In this document: positions 11,479-24,000 of the stretch, in pieces
Layout of the letters: each line of letters begins with the position of its first letter
How positions within the stretch are numbered: position 1 is the stretch's first letter
Assembly: GCA_963789955.1 (NCBI GenBank)
Contig: CAWBMV010000017.1
Span: 99,716 to 163,715 of the forward strand
Length of the DNA: 64,000 nucleotides
Reading direction: 5' to 3'
DNA from: an uncultured Candidatus Rokubacteria bacterium
GTDB taxonomy: Bacteria > Methylomirabilota > Methylomirabilia > Rokubacteriales > CSP1-6
Made by a program: the position numbers and the translations under genes
Notes under the pieces: generated by a model
Databases searched by the model: none
Seen by the model: the letters and a program-made list of their open reading frames with translations, nothing else
What the model was told of the DNA's origin: nothing

Positions 11479-13076
11479 GGCGCGGTGTGCGCGAGCGCGG
11501 CCTTGATGAAGCCGGCGAAGAGCGGATGCGGCTCCCACGGCCGGGAACGGAACTCGGGGTGGAACTGCCCGGCGACGAAGTACGGATGCTCGGCGATTTC
11601 GATGATCTCCACCAGCTGCTTCTCGGCCCAGATCCCGGAGATGCGCAGGCCGGTCTTCTCCAGCCGCGGCAGATAGTCGTTGTTCACCTCGTAGCGATGG
11701 CGATGACGCTCCTGGATGATCCCCTGCCCGTACAGCCGCGAGGCGAGACTGCCCTCGCCCAGGACGATCGGATAGAGGCCCAGTCGCATCGTGCCGCCCT
11801 TGTCGGCGAGCCCGCGCTGTTCCGGGAGCAGATCGATCACCAGATGCGGCGAATTCGGATCGAACTCCGAGGAGCTCGCGCCGCCGAGGCCGCAGACGTT
11901 GCGCGCATACTCGATGACGGCGCACTGCATGCCGAGGCAGATGCCGAGGTACGGCACGCGCCGCTCGCGGGCGTAGCGCACCGCTTCGATCTTGCCCTGG
12001 ATGCCCCGGTCGCCGAAGCCGCCGGGTACCAGGATGCCGTGGACGCCGGTGAACTGCGCGTCGGCGCCGTCGCGCTCGATGTGCTCGGCGTCGACCCACT
12101 GCACGTCGACCCGCGCCTCGTTGGCGATCCCGCCGTGGGCCAGCGCTTCCACGAGGCTCTTGTAGGAGTCCTTCAGCTCGACGTACTTGCCGACGACCGC
12201 GATGCGTGTCTCGACCAGGGGCGACTTCACGCGACGCACCACGGCCTCCCAGCGCGAGAGATCGATCCGGCGGGGCTCGAGGCCCAGCAGCTTCACGATG
12301 ATCTCGTCGAGTCCCTCGCGGTGGAAGTTGAGCGGGACCTCGTAGATCGTCTCGACGTCCTTGGCCGTGATGACGGCCTCCTCCTCGACGTCGCAGAAGA
12401 GCGCGATCTTCGACTTGATGCCCGGCGGCAGATAGCGATCCGTGCGACAGAGCAGGATGTCCGGCTGGATCCCGATCGCCCGCAGCTCCTTGACCGAGTG
12501 CTGCGTGGCCTTCGTCTTGAGCTCCGAGGCCGCCTGCATGTACGGCACGAGCGTCAGGTGCACGTAGATCACGTTCTCGCGCCCGACGTCCTTCCTGAAC
12601 TGGCGCACGGCCTCCAGGAACGGAAGCCCCTCGATGTCGCCGACGGTGCCGCCGACCTCGACGATGACCACGTCGGTGTCGCGGGAGACCTTCCGGATGG
12701 ACGCCTTGATCTCGTCGGTGATGTGGGGAATCACCTGGACCGTGCGTCCGAGATAGTCGCCGCGCCGCTCCTTCTGGATGACCGAGTAGTAGACCTTGCC
12801 GGTCGTCACGTTGTGGTCGCGCGTCACGCGACTCGACGTGAATCGCTCATAGTGGCCCAGGTCCAGATCGGTCTCGCCGCCGTCATCGGTGACGAAGACC
12901 TCGCCGTGCTGGTACGGGCTCATGGTCCCCGCGTCCACGTTGATGTACGGATCCATCTTCTGCAGCGTCACGCGAAAGCCGCGTGCCTCCAGCAGCGCCC
13001 CGATCGAGGCCGCCGCCAGACCCTTGCCGAGGGACGACACGACGCCGCCGGTCACGAAGATGTATTTCGGGGCCAA
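11475..13076 (-). CDS. pyrG: CTP synthase
   Basis: Motifs [40 protein letters not shown] start after an AAAGGAGGA RBS. Confidence 0.97.
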   Translation of the reverse strand: MAPKYIFVTGGVVSSLGKGLAAASIGALLEARGFRVTLQKMDPYINVDAGTMSPYQHGEVFVTDDGGETDLDLGHYERFTSSRVTRDHNVTTGKVYYSVIQKERRGDYLGRTVQVIPHITDEIKASIRKVSRDTDVVIVEVGGTVGDIEGLPFLEAVRQFRKDVGRENVIYVHLTLVPYMQAASELKTKATQHSVKELRAIGIQPDILLCRTDRYLPPGIKSKIALFCDVEEEAVITAKDVETIYEVPLNFHREGLDEIIVKLLGLEPRRIDLSRWEAVVRRVKSPLVETRIAVVGKYVELKDSYKSLVEALAHGGIANEARVDVQWVDAEHIERDGADAQFTGVHGILVPGGFGDRGIQGKIEAVRYARERRVPYLGICLGMQCAVIEYARNVCGLGGASSSEFDPNSPHLVIDLLPEQRGLADKGGTMRLGLYPIVLGEGSLASRLYGQGIIQERHRHRYEVNNDYLPRLEKTGLRISGIWAEKQLVEIIEIAEHPYFVAGQFHPEFRSRPWEPHPLFAGFIKAALAHTAP

Positions 13077-13077
13077 C

Positions 13078-14718
13078 TCATCCTCCTTTCGCGATCCGTT
13101 GTCGGACGTGCTCTTCTTCCATGGCACGGCTTGTCAGGGTTCCGTCGAGACGCGCGTCGCGCAGCTCGGCCAGGACGCGCGCGACCGCCGGCCCGCGCGG
13201 CACGCCAAGGGCGACGACGTCATCGCCGCTCAGAGACGCGACGCGCGGATCGAGCGAGGCGAACCAGTCGACCGTCGAGCGGACTGCGCGGTCGCCGGTC
13301 AGCCAGAGCCACGCGAGCTCGGTCGGCGCGCATCCGCGGAGCTCGCGCGCCCGCTCGCTCGGCGCGCCGGCCGCGGCGAGCTTCGCGGCGAGCGCCGCGG
13401 AACCGGCGTGCGCCCGCTCGAGCGTGGCCAGCGGACCACCCGCGAAGCCGAGCCGCGTGAAGAGCGAGCCGCCGTCCGAGCGCGAGGCGGCCAGCGCCAG
13501 CGCCGCGAGCCCGACCGCGTCGGTGTCGAGGCCGCGGCCGCGGGCCCAGGCGAGGGTCTCCGGCAGCGCGCCGAGACGGCGCCGACTCGCGGCCGCGAAC
13601 CGATAGCTCGGGTCCAGCAGACGGAACGCTCCCGAGCGCCCGAGCCGGAGGAGGATGGTCCCGGCCTGCGGTTCGCTCAGGATCAGCTCGAGCTCGGCGG
13701 CGATGCGCTGACCCGAGAGCGCGGCATACGGCACGAGCCGGAGCGCCAGGGCCTGCGCGCTGATCGTGGCGCGATCCGGCGCGAGCCCGAGGCGCGCGGC
13801 GTATCGTGCGGCGCGGAAGATGCGCGTCGGATCCTCGACGTACGAGAGCGGGTGCAGCACGCGGAGCCGCCGGCGCGCGAGGTCGAGCCGGCCACCGAGC
13901 GGATCGATCAAGCCGAACTCTCCGGAGGAGAGCTCGATCGCCATCGCGTTGACGGTGAAGTCGCGCCGTCGCAGATCGTCCGCGATCCCCGCCGGCAGCA
14001 CGCGCGGCAGCGCGCCCGGGGACTCGTAACGCTCCGAGCGCGACGTGGCCACGTCGATCTTCCCGAGCTTCGGAGTCTCGACCGATGCCGTCAGGAACCG
14101 GCGATGCTCGACGACCGAGCCGCCGAGCGCGTGCGCGAGGCGTTGGGCCAGCGCGGGCCCGTCCCCCTCGACCACGATGTCGAGGTCGCGCCGGCTCGGC
14201 GTGGCGCCGCGCCACAGATCGCGCACGAGCCCGCCGACGAGGTAGGCGCGGCCGTCCTGCTCCTCGGCGATCCGCCCGACCGTTCCGAGGAGCTCGCGCA
14301 CCTCGTCCGGCAGCCCGCGGACGACTCGGCCGGCCGCCGAGGCGTCGGCCAGACGGGCACCGGTGAATCGGCCGCTGACCGCGCCCGCGGCGCCTCGCGG
14401 GCCCCGCACGACGACGAGCGGCGCGCCGGTCGCCAGGAGCCGGCGGACCTTTCCCTCGCCCGCGCCCGGATCGACCTCGGGCACGGCGCGCGCGAGCTGC
14501 GCGGCGCGGAGCGCGCCGAGACCGAGCGACGTCGCGCGAACGAGATCGTCGCGGAGCACGTACGAGGCGCCGGCGGCGACGACGGCGGCGTTCCGCTTGC
14601 GCGCGAGCACGAGCGCCTCGGTCACGCCGACTCCGGCCGCGGCCGGCGCGATCGCGACGTCGGCGAGATCGGCGGCGGCGAGGCTCACTTGCGGATACAC
14701 GTGCGCCCGCTTCGCCAT
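13078..14718 (-). CDS. Class II tRNA nucleotidyltransferase with a degenerate CBS-like N-terminus
   Basis: Motifs [53 protein letters not shown]. Confidence 0.88.
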   Translation of the reverse strand: MAKRAHVYPQVSLAAADLADVAIAPAAAGVGVTEALVLARKRNAAVVAAGASYVLRDDLVRATSLGLGALRAAQLARAVPEVDPGAGEGKVRRLLATGAPLVVVRGPRGAAGAVSGRFTGARLADASAAGRVVRGLPDEVRELLGTVGRIAEEQDGRAYLVGGLVRDLWRGATPSRRDLDIVVEGDGPALAQRLAHALGGSVVEHRRFLTASVETPKLGKIDVATSRSERYESPGALPRVLPAGIADDLRRRDFTVNAMAIELSSGEFGLIDPLGGRLDLARRRLRVLHPLSYVEDPTRIFRAARYAARLGLAPDRATISAQALALRLVPYAALSGQRIAAELELILSEPQAGTILLRLGRSGAFRLLDPSYRFAAASRRRLGALPETLAWARGRGLDTDAVGLAALALAASRSDGGSLFTRLGFAGGPLATLERAHAGSAALAAKLAAAGAPSERARELRGCAPTELAWLWLTGDRAVRSTVDWFASLDPRVASLSGDDVVALGVPRGPAVARVLAELRDARLDGTLTSRAMEEEHVRQRIAKGG

Positions 14719-14720
14719 GT

Positions 14721-15605
14721 TCACGCCCGCGGATGGAAGCGCCGATACATTTGCAGCAAGGTCGCCGACGGCAGATGCGTGTAGATCTGCGTCGTCGCGA
14801 TGTCGGCATGGCCGAGCATCGCCTGGATCGAGCGCAGGTCGGCGCCGCCTTCGAGGAGATGGCTCGCGAACGAGTGGCGCAGCACGTGCGGCGAGATGCG
14901 CTGGCGGAGGCCGGCGCGAGCCGCGGCGTGCCGCACGATCGTCCACAGCGACTGCCGGGAGAGACGACCGCCCCGCGGGTTCACGAACACGCGGCCGCTG
15001 TCCCGCGCGCGCGTGTAGAGGGGCCGGATGTCGCGGAGGTAGCGACTGACCCACTGCGCGGCCTCGCCGCCGACCGGAACGAGGCGCTGCTTGCGTCCCT
15101 TTCCCGTGCACACCACGTATCCCGCGCTCAGGTTGACGTCGTCCAGGGTCAGCCCCAGACACTCGGAGGCGCGCATGCCGGTGGCGTAGAGCAGCTCGAG
15201 CACGGCGCGATCGCGTACGCCGCGCGGCTCGGTCAGGTCGGGCGATTCGACGAGCGCCGCCGCGACGTCGCGTGAGAGCGTGCGCGGCAGCGCCCGCGCC
15301 CGTCGCGGCGTCTCGAGATTCTCGGTGGGATCTCGGCGAAGCCCGCCCTCGCGGACCAGATGCTTGTAGAGCCCTCGCAGCGCCGAGATGCGTCGCGCGA
15401 CGCTGGCCGGGCGCAGGCCGCGGGTCCGCAGGCGCTCGAGGTACCCGACGATATCGTCGGGGCCGGCGCGGCGCAGTGTGCGGTGCTGATCGTGGAGGAA
15501 CTGGGTGAAGTCGGTGAGATCGCGGCGGTAGGCACTGAGAGTATTTCGGGAGGCCCCCCTCTCTGCCTGGAGGGCGCCGAGATACTCGACTACGACATCG
15601 GTCAT
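14721..15605 (-). CDS. xerD: Tyrosine recombinase XerD
   Basis: Motifs ERGASRNTLSAYRRDL, ELLYATGMRASE, GKGRKQR, SPHVLRHSFASHLL, LGHADIATTQIYTH. Confidence 0.92.
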   Translation of the reverse strand: MTDVVVEYLGALQAERGASRNTLSAYRRDLTDFTQFLHDQHRTLRRAGPDDIVGYLERLRTRGLRPASVARRISALRGLYKHLVREGGLRRDPTENLETPRRARALPRTLSRDVAAALVESPDLTEPRGVRDRAVLELLYATGMRASECLGLTLDDVNLSAGYVVCTGKGRKQRLVPVGGEAAQWVSRYLRDIRPLYTRARDSGRVFVNPRGGRLSRQSLWTIVRHAAARAGLRQRISPHVLRHSFASHLLEGGADLRSIQAMLGHADIATTQIYTHLPSATLLQMYRRFHPRA

Positions 15606-15621
15606 AGAGTGACCACGTCGG

Positions 15622-15650
15622 ATTCTATCACGACGCTCGACAATCGTGAA
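15622..15650 (-). promoter_or_regulatory. Sigma70 promoter for the xerD operon (TTCACG-17-TAGAAT)
   Basis: Near-consensus hexamers with a 17-bp spacer upstream of xerD. Confidence 0.55.
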
Positions 15651-15694
15651 GGGCGTGCGCGGCCGAAAAAGCGCGCGTCGTCGTGCGCGCCGCG

Positions 15695-17268
15695 TCAGGG
15701 TTCGCCGTCGCGCCGGCGACGACGGTAGAGACTCAGGAGCGCGGTGCGCTCGGTGATGCCGAGCGCGGCGCTCGCCGCCCAGAAAACGCCGGCACCGACC
15801 GCGATCGCCACCGCCAGCCACGCGACTTCGACCACGAACGACGATCGCGCCGGCCACAGCGCCAGCGCGAGCCAGCACACCGCCGCCAGCGGCAGCGACG
15901 CCAGCAGGGTCCGCGCCGCGCCGCTGACGAGCGCGCGCCCGCCGAGCCGGCCGAGCCGCAGGCGCGCGATCACGAGCAGCGCCACCAGATTCACGTACGA
16001 GCCGATCGACGCGGCGGCCGCCAGGCCGGCGTGGCCGAGCGGCCCCATCAGCGCCAGCGCCGCCACGACGTTCGCGACGATCGAGACGACGCCCCACCGC
16101 ACCGCCGTGGCCGCTTCGCCGCGGGCGTAGAAGGTCTGCGCCACGATGCGCGAGCCGGAGAAGCCGGCGAGGCCGATCGCGTACCACGCGAGCGCTTCCG
16201 CGGTGGCCGCCGTCTCCGCCGGGCCGAACCGCCCGCGCTCGAAGAGCACGCGCACGATCGGCGTGCGGAGCACCACGAGCCCCACGGTGGCCGGCACCGA
16301 CACGTAGAACGCGAGGCGGAGCGCGAAGTTCAGGGTGTCGGCCAGCGCGCGATGGTCCTGCGCCGCGGCGTGGCGCGACATCACCGGCAGCGAGGCCGAG
16401 GCGAGCGCGATGCCGAACACGCCGAGGGGAAATTCCATCACGCGGTCGGCGTAGTACAGATACGAGATCGAGCCGAGCGGCAGCAGCGAGGCGAGCAAGG
16501 TGTTGACGAACACCATCAGCTGCACCGCCGCCAGCCCGAAGACCGCCGGCAGCAGGAGCCGCGTGATCCGCGCGATCGCCGGATGGCGGAGATCGCGCGA
16601 CGGGCGCCACCAGGAGCCCGCCCGCCGAGAGACTCGGGACCTGGACGAGGAGCTGTCCCACACCGCCCGCGAGGACGCCGATGGCCAGCGACACGATGGG
16701 CTGGTCCAGATGGCGCGCGACCAGCAGGACGGCGAGGATCATGCCGACGTTGAGCACCGCCGGCCCGATCGCGCTCGCGAAGAATTTCCCCTGCGAGTTG
16801 AGGATGCCCGGTGGCCATTGCGGCGAGGCCGACCAGGATCAGAAACGGGAACATGATTCGCGTGAGGGTGACCGCCAGCGCGGCCTGAGCCGGATCGTCC
16901 ATGAAGCCCGGCGCGATCGCTTGCAAGATCGCGGGCGTGAAGACGATGCCGAGCCCGGTCGTCACCGTCAGGGCCAGCAGCGACAGGCCGAGGACGGCGC
17001 GAAGCATCCGGAGGAGCTCGGGCCGGTCGCCGCGCGCCATGTAGTCCGTGAAGACCGGGATCATCGCGGTGGACAGGGCGCCTTCGGCGAGGAGCCGCCG
17101 GAGGATGTTGGGGATGCGGAAGGCGACGAAGAACGCGTCGGTGAGCGGGCCGGCGCCGAAGGCCCTTGCCACCACCATGTCCCGCACGAACCCCAGAAGC
17201 CGGCTCAGCAGGGTCGCGCTGGCGATCCCGCCGAGCGCCCGGACGACCTGCCCTTCGCTCGCCCTCAT
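15695..17268 (-). CDS. murJ: Lipid II flippase MurJ (frameshifts near 16810 and 16610)
   Basis: Motifs SRLLGFVRD, DAFFVAFRIPNILRRLLAEGALS, YLYYADRVMEFPLG, spread over three frames. Confidence 0.92.
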
Positions 17269-17269
17269 C

Positions 17270-17298
17270 TTGATATTCCCCGGTCCCTGCGGCATGAT
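17270..17298 (+). promoter_or_regulatory. rpsT promoter (TTGATA-17-CATGAT)
   Basis: Hexamers with a 17-bp spacer in the divergent murJ/rpsT gap. Confidence 0.5.
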
Positions 17299-17342
17299 GC
17301 AACGCGGATTCGACATCGACTGGCACCACGAGGAGCTTTGAT

Positions 17343-17594
17343 TTGGCGAACACGAAGTCGGCAATGAAGCGGGATCGACAGAACGAGCGCCGGCGGCTGC
17401 GCAATCGCTCCCTGCGCACCAAGCTTCGCGGCGCGATCAAGACGGCGCGTTCCGCCGAGGGCACCACGAAGCCCGCCGCCGTCCTCGAGGCGATCCGCGC
17501 GCTCGACAAGGCGGTCAGCAAGGGCGTGGTCCACCGCAACACGGCCGCGCGCAAGAAGTCCGCGCTCGCCCGGCGTCTGGTCGCCGCGAAGTAA
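17343..17594 (+). CDS. rpsT: 30S ribosomal protein S20
   Basis: MANTKSAMKRDRQNERRRLRN...DKAVSKGVVHRNTAARKKS. TTG start with GAGGAG RBS. Confidence 0.97.
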   Translation: MANTKSAMKRDRQNERRRLRNRSLRTKLRGAIKTARSAEGTTKPAAVLEAIRALDKAVSKGVVHRNTAARKKSALARRLVAAK

Positions 17595-17656
17595 CCCGCT
17601 CCTCCTCCTCACGCGGCGCCTCGGCCCGCCCGGGCGCCTTCCACCGCTCGCGCGGC

Positions 17657-19027
17657 TCATCGCGACGCCGCGCCCGAGTCGCACGCCGAGGACGCCCGCG
17701 TCGCCGAGCGTGATTCCGGGCGAAGCTCGCGGAGTGCGTCGATCGCCGCGTCGGCGAGGCAGCGGCCCGCCGCGTGCCCGTAGATCGTCGCGCACGCGAC
17801 GTACGTCGCGGCGCGCGTGTCCTCGCGCGTGGTGAAGTAGCCGAGATAGTCGTTCGACAGCCCGGCGACGAAGACCGACGCGAAGCGACCGTGCGCCTCG
17901 TGCTTGATCGCCTGGCCGAGCGCCGTCTGGAGCTCGCCGGGGAACGTCACCCAGGCCGTGTCGCCGAGCGCGGCCGCGACCAGCGAGACGGCGCGAGGCA
18001 TGGCGAAGCCGAGCGGCACCGCGAAGAATCCGGGCACCCAGCTCCCGAAGCAGCGCTCGAGCGACACCGCCGGCGACGGAAGCGAGACGTTCGCTCCGAG
18101 ATTCGCAGGGTGCTGACGGGCCGGGGCCGCGCTTGCGCCCAGCCGGCTTCGACCGCCGCGGACAGCTCCGCGGCCGTGTCCAGCATGGCGCGCTCGCCGT
18201 GGTGCGCGGGGCTCACGTCACCGACGGCACCGTTGACGAAGAGCGCGGGCGCGCCGAGCTTCTGCTTCGAGCCGCGCGGACGCGACGCCCATGACGTCGC
18301 CCGACAGGCGCAGGTTGGCGGCCGAGAGCATCGTGCCGTGGATCGCGAAGTTCCACACCAGCGCGAGCGGCGTCCCGCCGACGGTGGTGAGCTTCAGCAC
18401 GACGATCTCGGGGTCGAGCGCTTTGCCGAGCCGGCTCACCGTGACCGCCGGCGCCGACACGCTCGTCGCCGCGGCGAGCGCCGGGACCCGCGTGCGCTCG
18501 GCCTGCTGGATCGCCGCGACGGCACTCGCCACGAGTGCGTCGCGTACCGCCGGGTCGAATCGATCGACCGCCACCAGGCCCATGAGCCCCGAATCTATGA
18601 ACGCGCCGGGCCCCGAGTGCGTATGGGAGGCCGAGACCACGAGCGTCGCCTTGGGCACGCCCGAACGGGCGAGCTGGTCCTCGACGGCCCGGACGAACGT
18701 ACGATCGACCGCCACGAGGTCGAGCGTGATCCACGCGAGGCGAGTCGCGCCGGCCTCGAGGACGAGCGCGCGCGTCGTCAGCGGATCGCGCTCGCCGATC
18801 GAGGGCTTGAACCAGAACGCGTGCGCATAGCGGCCGAAGACGTCGGGGAACGCGAGCCGCCGCTTCAGCCCCCCGTAACCGGCCAGCGGCGCGCCCGGCG
18901 GGACGCGCACGGTGACGGACGCCGCGCCGGCGGTCACGCACTCGGCGCAGCGCTCCGCCGCAGTCGCGACTGCCGTGAGGCCGGCGCCTCCGAGGAGGAG
19001 GCCGAGCGCGATCGAGCGGCCGATCAC
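17657..19027 (-). CDS. Secreted neutral/alkaline ceramidase-family protein (several frameshifts at 18080-18270)
   Basis: Signal peptide; motifs PLAGYG, DPLTTRALVL, SASHTHSGP, NFAIHGT, FVNGAVGDVSP, FPGELQT, GLSNDYLGY. Confidence 0.75.
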
Positions 19028-20034
19028 CTCTCCGCGCACAGGTCGGCCACCAGGGCGACCATCTCCGCCCGCGGCTCTCCACTGCTCTTGAGCCGGCGTT
19101 CGGTGTCCCAGCACCGACGGAGCTTCCACGCGAAGCGGGCTTCGGTGCCGCTGGCAGAGCCGGTGAGCGTCTCGATCACCATCGGCGGCCGACGCAGGGC
19201 GCGGGCGATCTCCTCCACCGTCCGGCCCCGGCGTCGGAGCGCGACCGCGGTCCACGCCGTTCTCACGTCGCGCGCCAGCACCGTGAGCAGGAGCATCGCG
19301 TCCTCGGTGGCGAGCAGGCGGTCGAGTGTCTTGAGCGCGCCGGCGCGGTCGCGGCGCTCGACGGCTCGCGTCAGGTCGAAGATGTCGTCCAGCCGCTGCT
19401 CGCCGACGATCGCGCCGACGTCCTTGACGCCGACGTTGCGGTTGTCGGGTCCACCCGCGAGCGCGGCCTTGCGCGCCTCGCCCAGCAAGGTGGCGGTGTC
19501 TTCTCCCGTCAGCTCCACCAGAAGCCGCGCCGCCTCGTCGGTGATCGTCAAGCCTTCGAGGGCCGCGCGCTGACGGATCCAGCCCGCGAGGTCGCGGGCG
19601 CCGCGTGTCGGGAGCTCGACGATCGCCGCCGCCGGCAGCGCGCCGAGCAGCCAGTGGTCGGTGCGCCGATCGCGCGAGGCGCGGAGCGGCTCGTCGGCCA
19701 GCAGCAGGAGACAGCTCGCGGGGTTCGGGCTCTTCGCGTAGCCGCCGAGTATCTCCGCGCCCTTCGCGGCGAGCGCCTGCGCGCGCCGGACGGCCACGAG
19801 TCGCCGGTCGACGCCGAGCGGCAGGGTCGAGGCCGAGCGCACGATCTCGTCGGCGTTGCTCTCGCGGGCGTCGAAGACCTCGCGACCCCAGGCGGCCATC
19901 GCGCGATCCGGGAACAGGCCGCGGGTCGCGGCGTCGAGCGCGTCGTCGAGCAGCTGGACGTCGCCGCCGTGCAGCAGGGCCAGCGCCGGCGCCTCGCCGC
20001 GCTCGGCCTGTTTGATGAATGTCGCGTAGTCCAT
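19024..20034 (-). CDS. holA: DNA polymerase III delta subunit
   Basis: Conserved leuS-lptE-holA synteny; LLHGGD, TLPLGVDRRLV, IFDLTRAV. Confidence 0.88.
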   Translation of the reverse strand: MDYATFIKQAERGEAPALALLHGGDVQLLDDALDAATRGLFPDRAMAAWGREVFDARESNADEIVRSASTLPLGVDRRLVAVRRAQALAAKGAEILGGYAKSPNPASCLLLLADEPLRASRDRRTDHWLLGALPAAAIVELPTRGARDLAGWIRQRAALEGLTITDEAARLLVELTGEDTATLLGEARKAALAGGPDNRNVGVKDVGAIVGEQRLDDIFDLTRAVERRDRAGALKTLDRLLATEDAMLLLTVLARDVRTAWTAVALRRRGRTVEEIARALRRPPMVIETLTGSASGTEARFAWKLRRCWDTERRLKSSGEPRAEMVALVADLCAER

Positions 20035-20337
20035 TTACCGAGTAGTTTGAGGCCGCAACGGGTGAGGGTGGCCTGATGTAGGTGCGAGTGGCTCCGCTCG
20101 CCCGGTCATTTCGTCGGCGACGGTCGGCCCCGCGTGGAGTATCGAGGGCCCGTGGGCCGACAATCCGAGATTGCGCGCGTTTCCGCGGGGGTTTCCGTTC
20201 GAGGAACTGAGACGGCGCTGGAGATTCACGCCGCGGTCCCCTCGGCCGGCAGCTTGAGAAAATCCTTGAGGTGCCGCGGGTCGATGCGGTCGGCCCGGGA
20301 GCGGCTCGCGGCGCGGCGCGTCGGGTGGTTCGCGGGG

Positions 20338-20849
20338 TCAAAACCTGTCGATGGTCAGGCTGACGATGGAGCGGGCGACGAAGGTGGCCGCGGTGCGCAC
20401 CGCCGCCTCCTCGCTCGAGATGGTCTGCGATACCGCTCCCTGCACCTGAAAGTCGGCCTGCTCCTTCAGCCCCTGCTGGTCGAACAGGGTCTCGTTCTTC
20501 CGCACGTCCCGCAGGCGGAGGTTCATCGTCACGATCAGGCGGTACTGACGGACGTTGGCCTGGTTGTCGAACGCGATGGACTGCACGCTGTAGCCGGTCA
20601 CTTCGCCATTGAGGATCGCGTCGGCCTCCTCCGGCTTGACCACACGGAGCCGGCCGTTCGAGGCGTAGGCCTCCACGACCGCGCTGGTGAGGAAGTTCTC
20701 GACGCCGGGCTCGGCCGTCTTGTTCGTGAACACCGGCACCGCCACCGTCTTGATGTGGTCCGGGAGGTTGCCGCGGAACGAATAGCCGCAGCCCGCGAGG
20801 CCGACGGCGAGCAGGGCCAGGCCGAGTGCCGGCGCGCGGCCGGGCCGTG

Positions 20850-20853
<4 letters not shown>
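20338..20853 (-). CDS. lptE: LPS assembly lipoprotein LptE
   Basis: Lipobox LAGC followed by GYSFRG and IKTVAVPVFTNKT. GTGA overlap with leuS. Confidence 0.85.
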
Positions 20854-23339
<2,486 letters not shown>

Positions 23340-23420
23340 GATTAAGCTAGATATTTAACATACTTAGCCCGCAGGGGCAAGAAGTGGTGCGGGGTCGGGC
23401 CGGCGAGACGACCCGGAGAG

Positions 23421-23672
23421 CTACTTCTTCACGCCGAGCATGCCGAGCGCCTCGTTGGCCTCGCGCATCGAGTCGGCGTGCTTGCCTTCCTTGTGGAGCG
23501 CCGCCGCGCGATCGAGCTTGGCCAGGGCGTTCTTCACGTTCGGGTCGTTCTGGTTCATCGTGGCCGCGGCGTCGCGACCCTGCTTGATGAGCACGGGACA
23601 CATCGAGGCGGACGCCGCCGACGACACGAGCGTCAGCGCCAGTACTGCGGCGCATCCCAGTCGGAATCGCAT
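23421..23672 (-). CDS. Small secreted protein with Cys-Pro and HxxGxH motifs (paralogue 2)
   Basis: MRFRLGCAAVLALTLVSSAASA/SMCPVLIKQGRDAA...LHKEGKHADSMREANEALGMLGVKK. GGAGAGG RBS. Confidence 0.8.
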   Translation of the reverse strand: MRFRLGCAAVLALTLVSSAASASMCPVLIKQGRDAAATMNQNDPNVKNALAKLDRAAALHKEGKHADSMREANEALGMLGVKK

Positions 23673-23696
23673 CGTGACACCTCTCCGAGGGGCTCT

Positions 23697-23729
23697 GGCG
23701 TGACGCGGCCGATCCGGCCGCGTCACGCC
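23697..23729. repeat. Perfect 15-bp inverted repeat between the two mini-genes
   Basis: GGCGTGACGCGGCCG-ATC-CGGCCGCGTCACGCC; no U-tract. Confidence 0.8.
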
Positions 23730-23745
23730 CAAACCGGTGCGCGCT

Positions 23746-24000
23746 CTACTTCTTTACGCCGAGATCTGCGACAGCTTCGTTGGCCAGCTTGAGCGAGTCC
23801 GCATGCTTGCCACCGTCGTGGAGCTTCTGCGCCTCGTCGAGCTTGGCGACCGCCGCCTTCACCTTCGGATCACTCGCGTTCATCTTCGCGGCCGCTTCTC
23901 GGCCCTCTTTGATCACCTTCGGGCAGGAGCTTGCGAACGCTCCACCCGCTGTGAAGGCCAGCGCGACCGTTACCGCCGTGACTGCCATGAGCTTTCTCAT
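23746..24000 (-). CDS. Small secreted protein with Cys-Pro and HxxGxH motifs (paralogue 1)
   Basis: MRKLMAVTAVTVALAFTAGGAFA/SSCPKVIKEGREAA...LHDGGKHADSLKLANEAVADLGVKK. GGGGAGG RBS; ATGA overlap with the uvrC stop. Confidence 0.85.
   Translation of the reverse strand: MRKLMAVTAVTVALAFTAGGAFASSCPKVIKEGREAAAKMNASDPKVKAAVAKLDEAQKLHDGGKHADSLKLANEAVADLGVKK

Noticed and set aside
14721..15605. Tyrosine recombinase as a prophage or island integrase
   Set aside because: It has XerD signatures, sits among housekeeping genes, and no att sites, tRNA or cargo genes were seen.
20165..20200. c-di-GMP-I riboswitch-like GGAAACCCCCGCGGAAACGCGCGCAA
   Set aside because: It lacks the pairing GGG strand of P2 and the downstream P3/receptor, so the resemblance is only partial.
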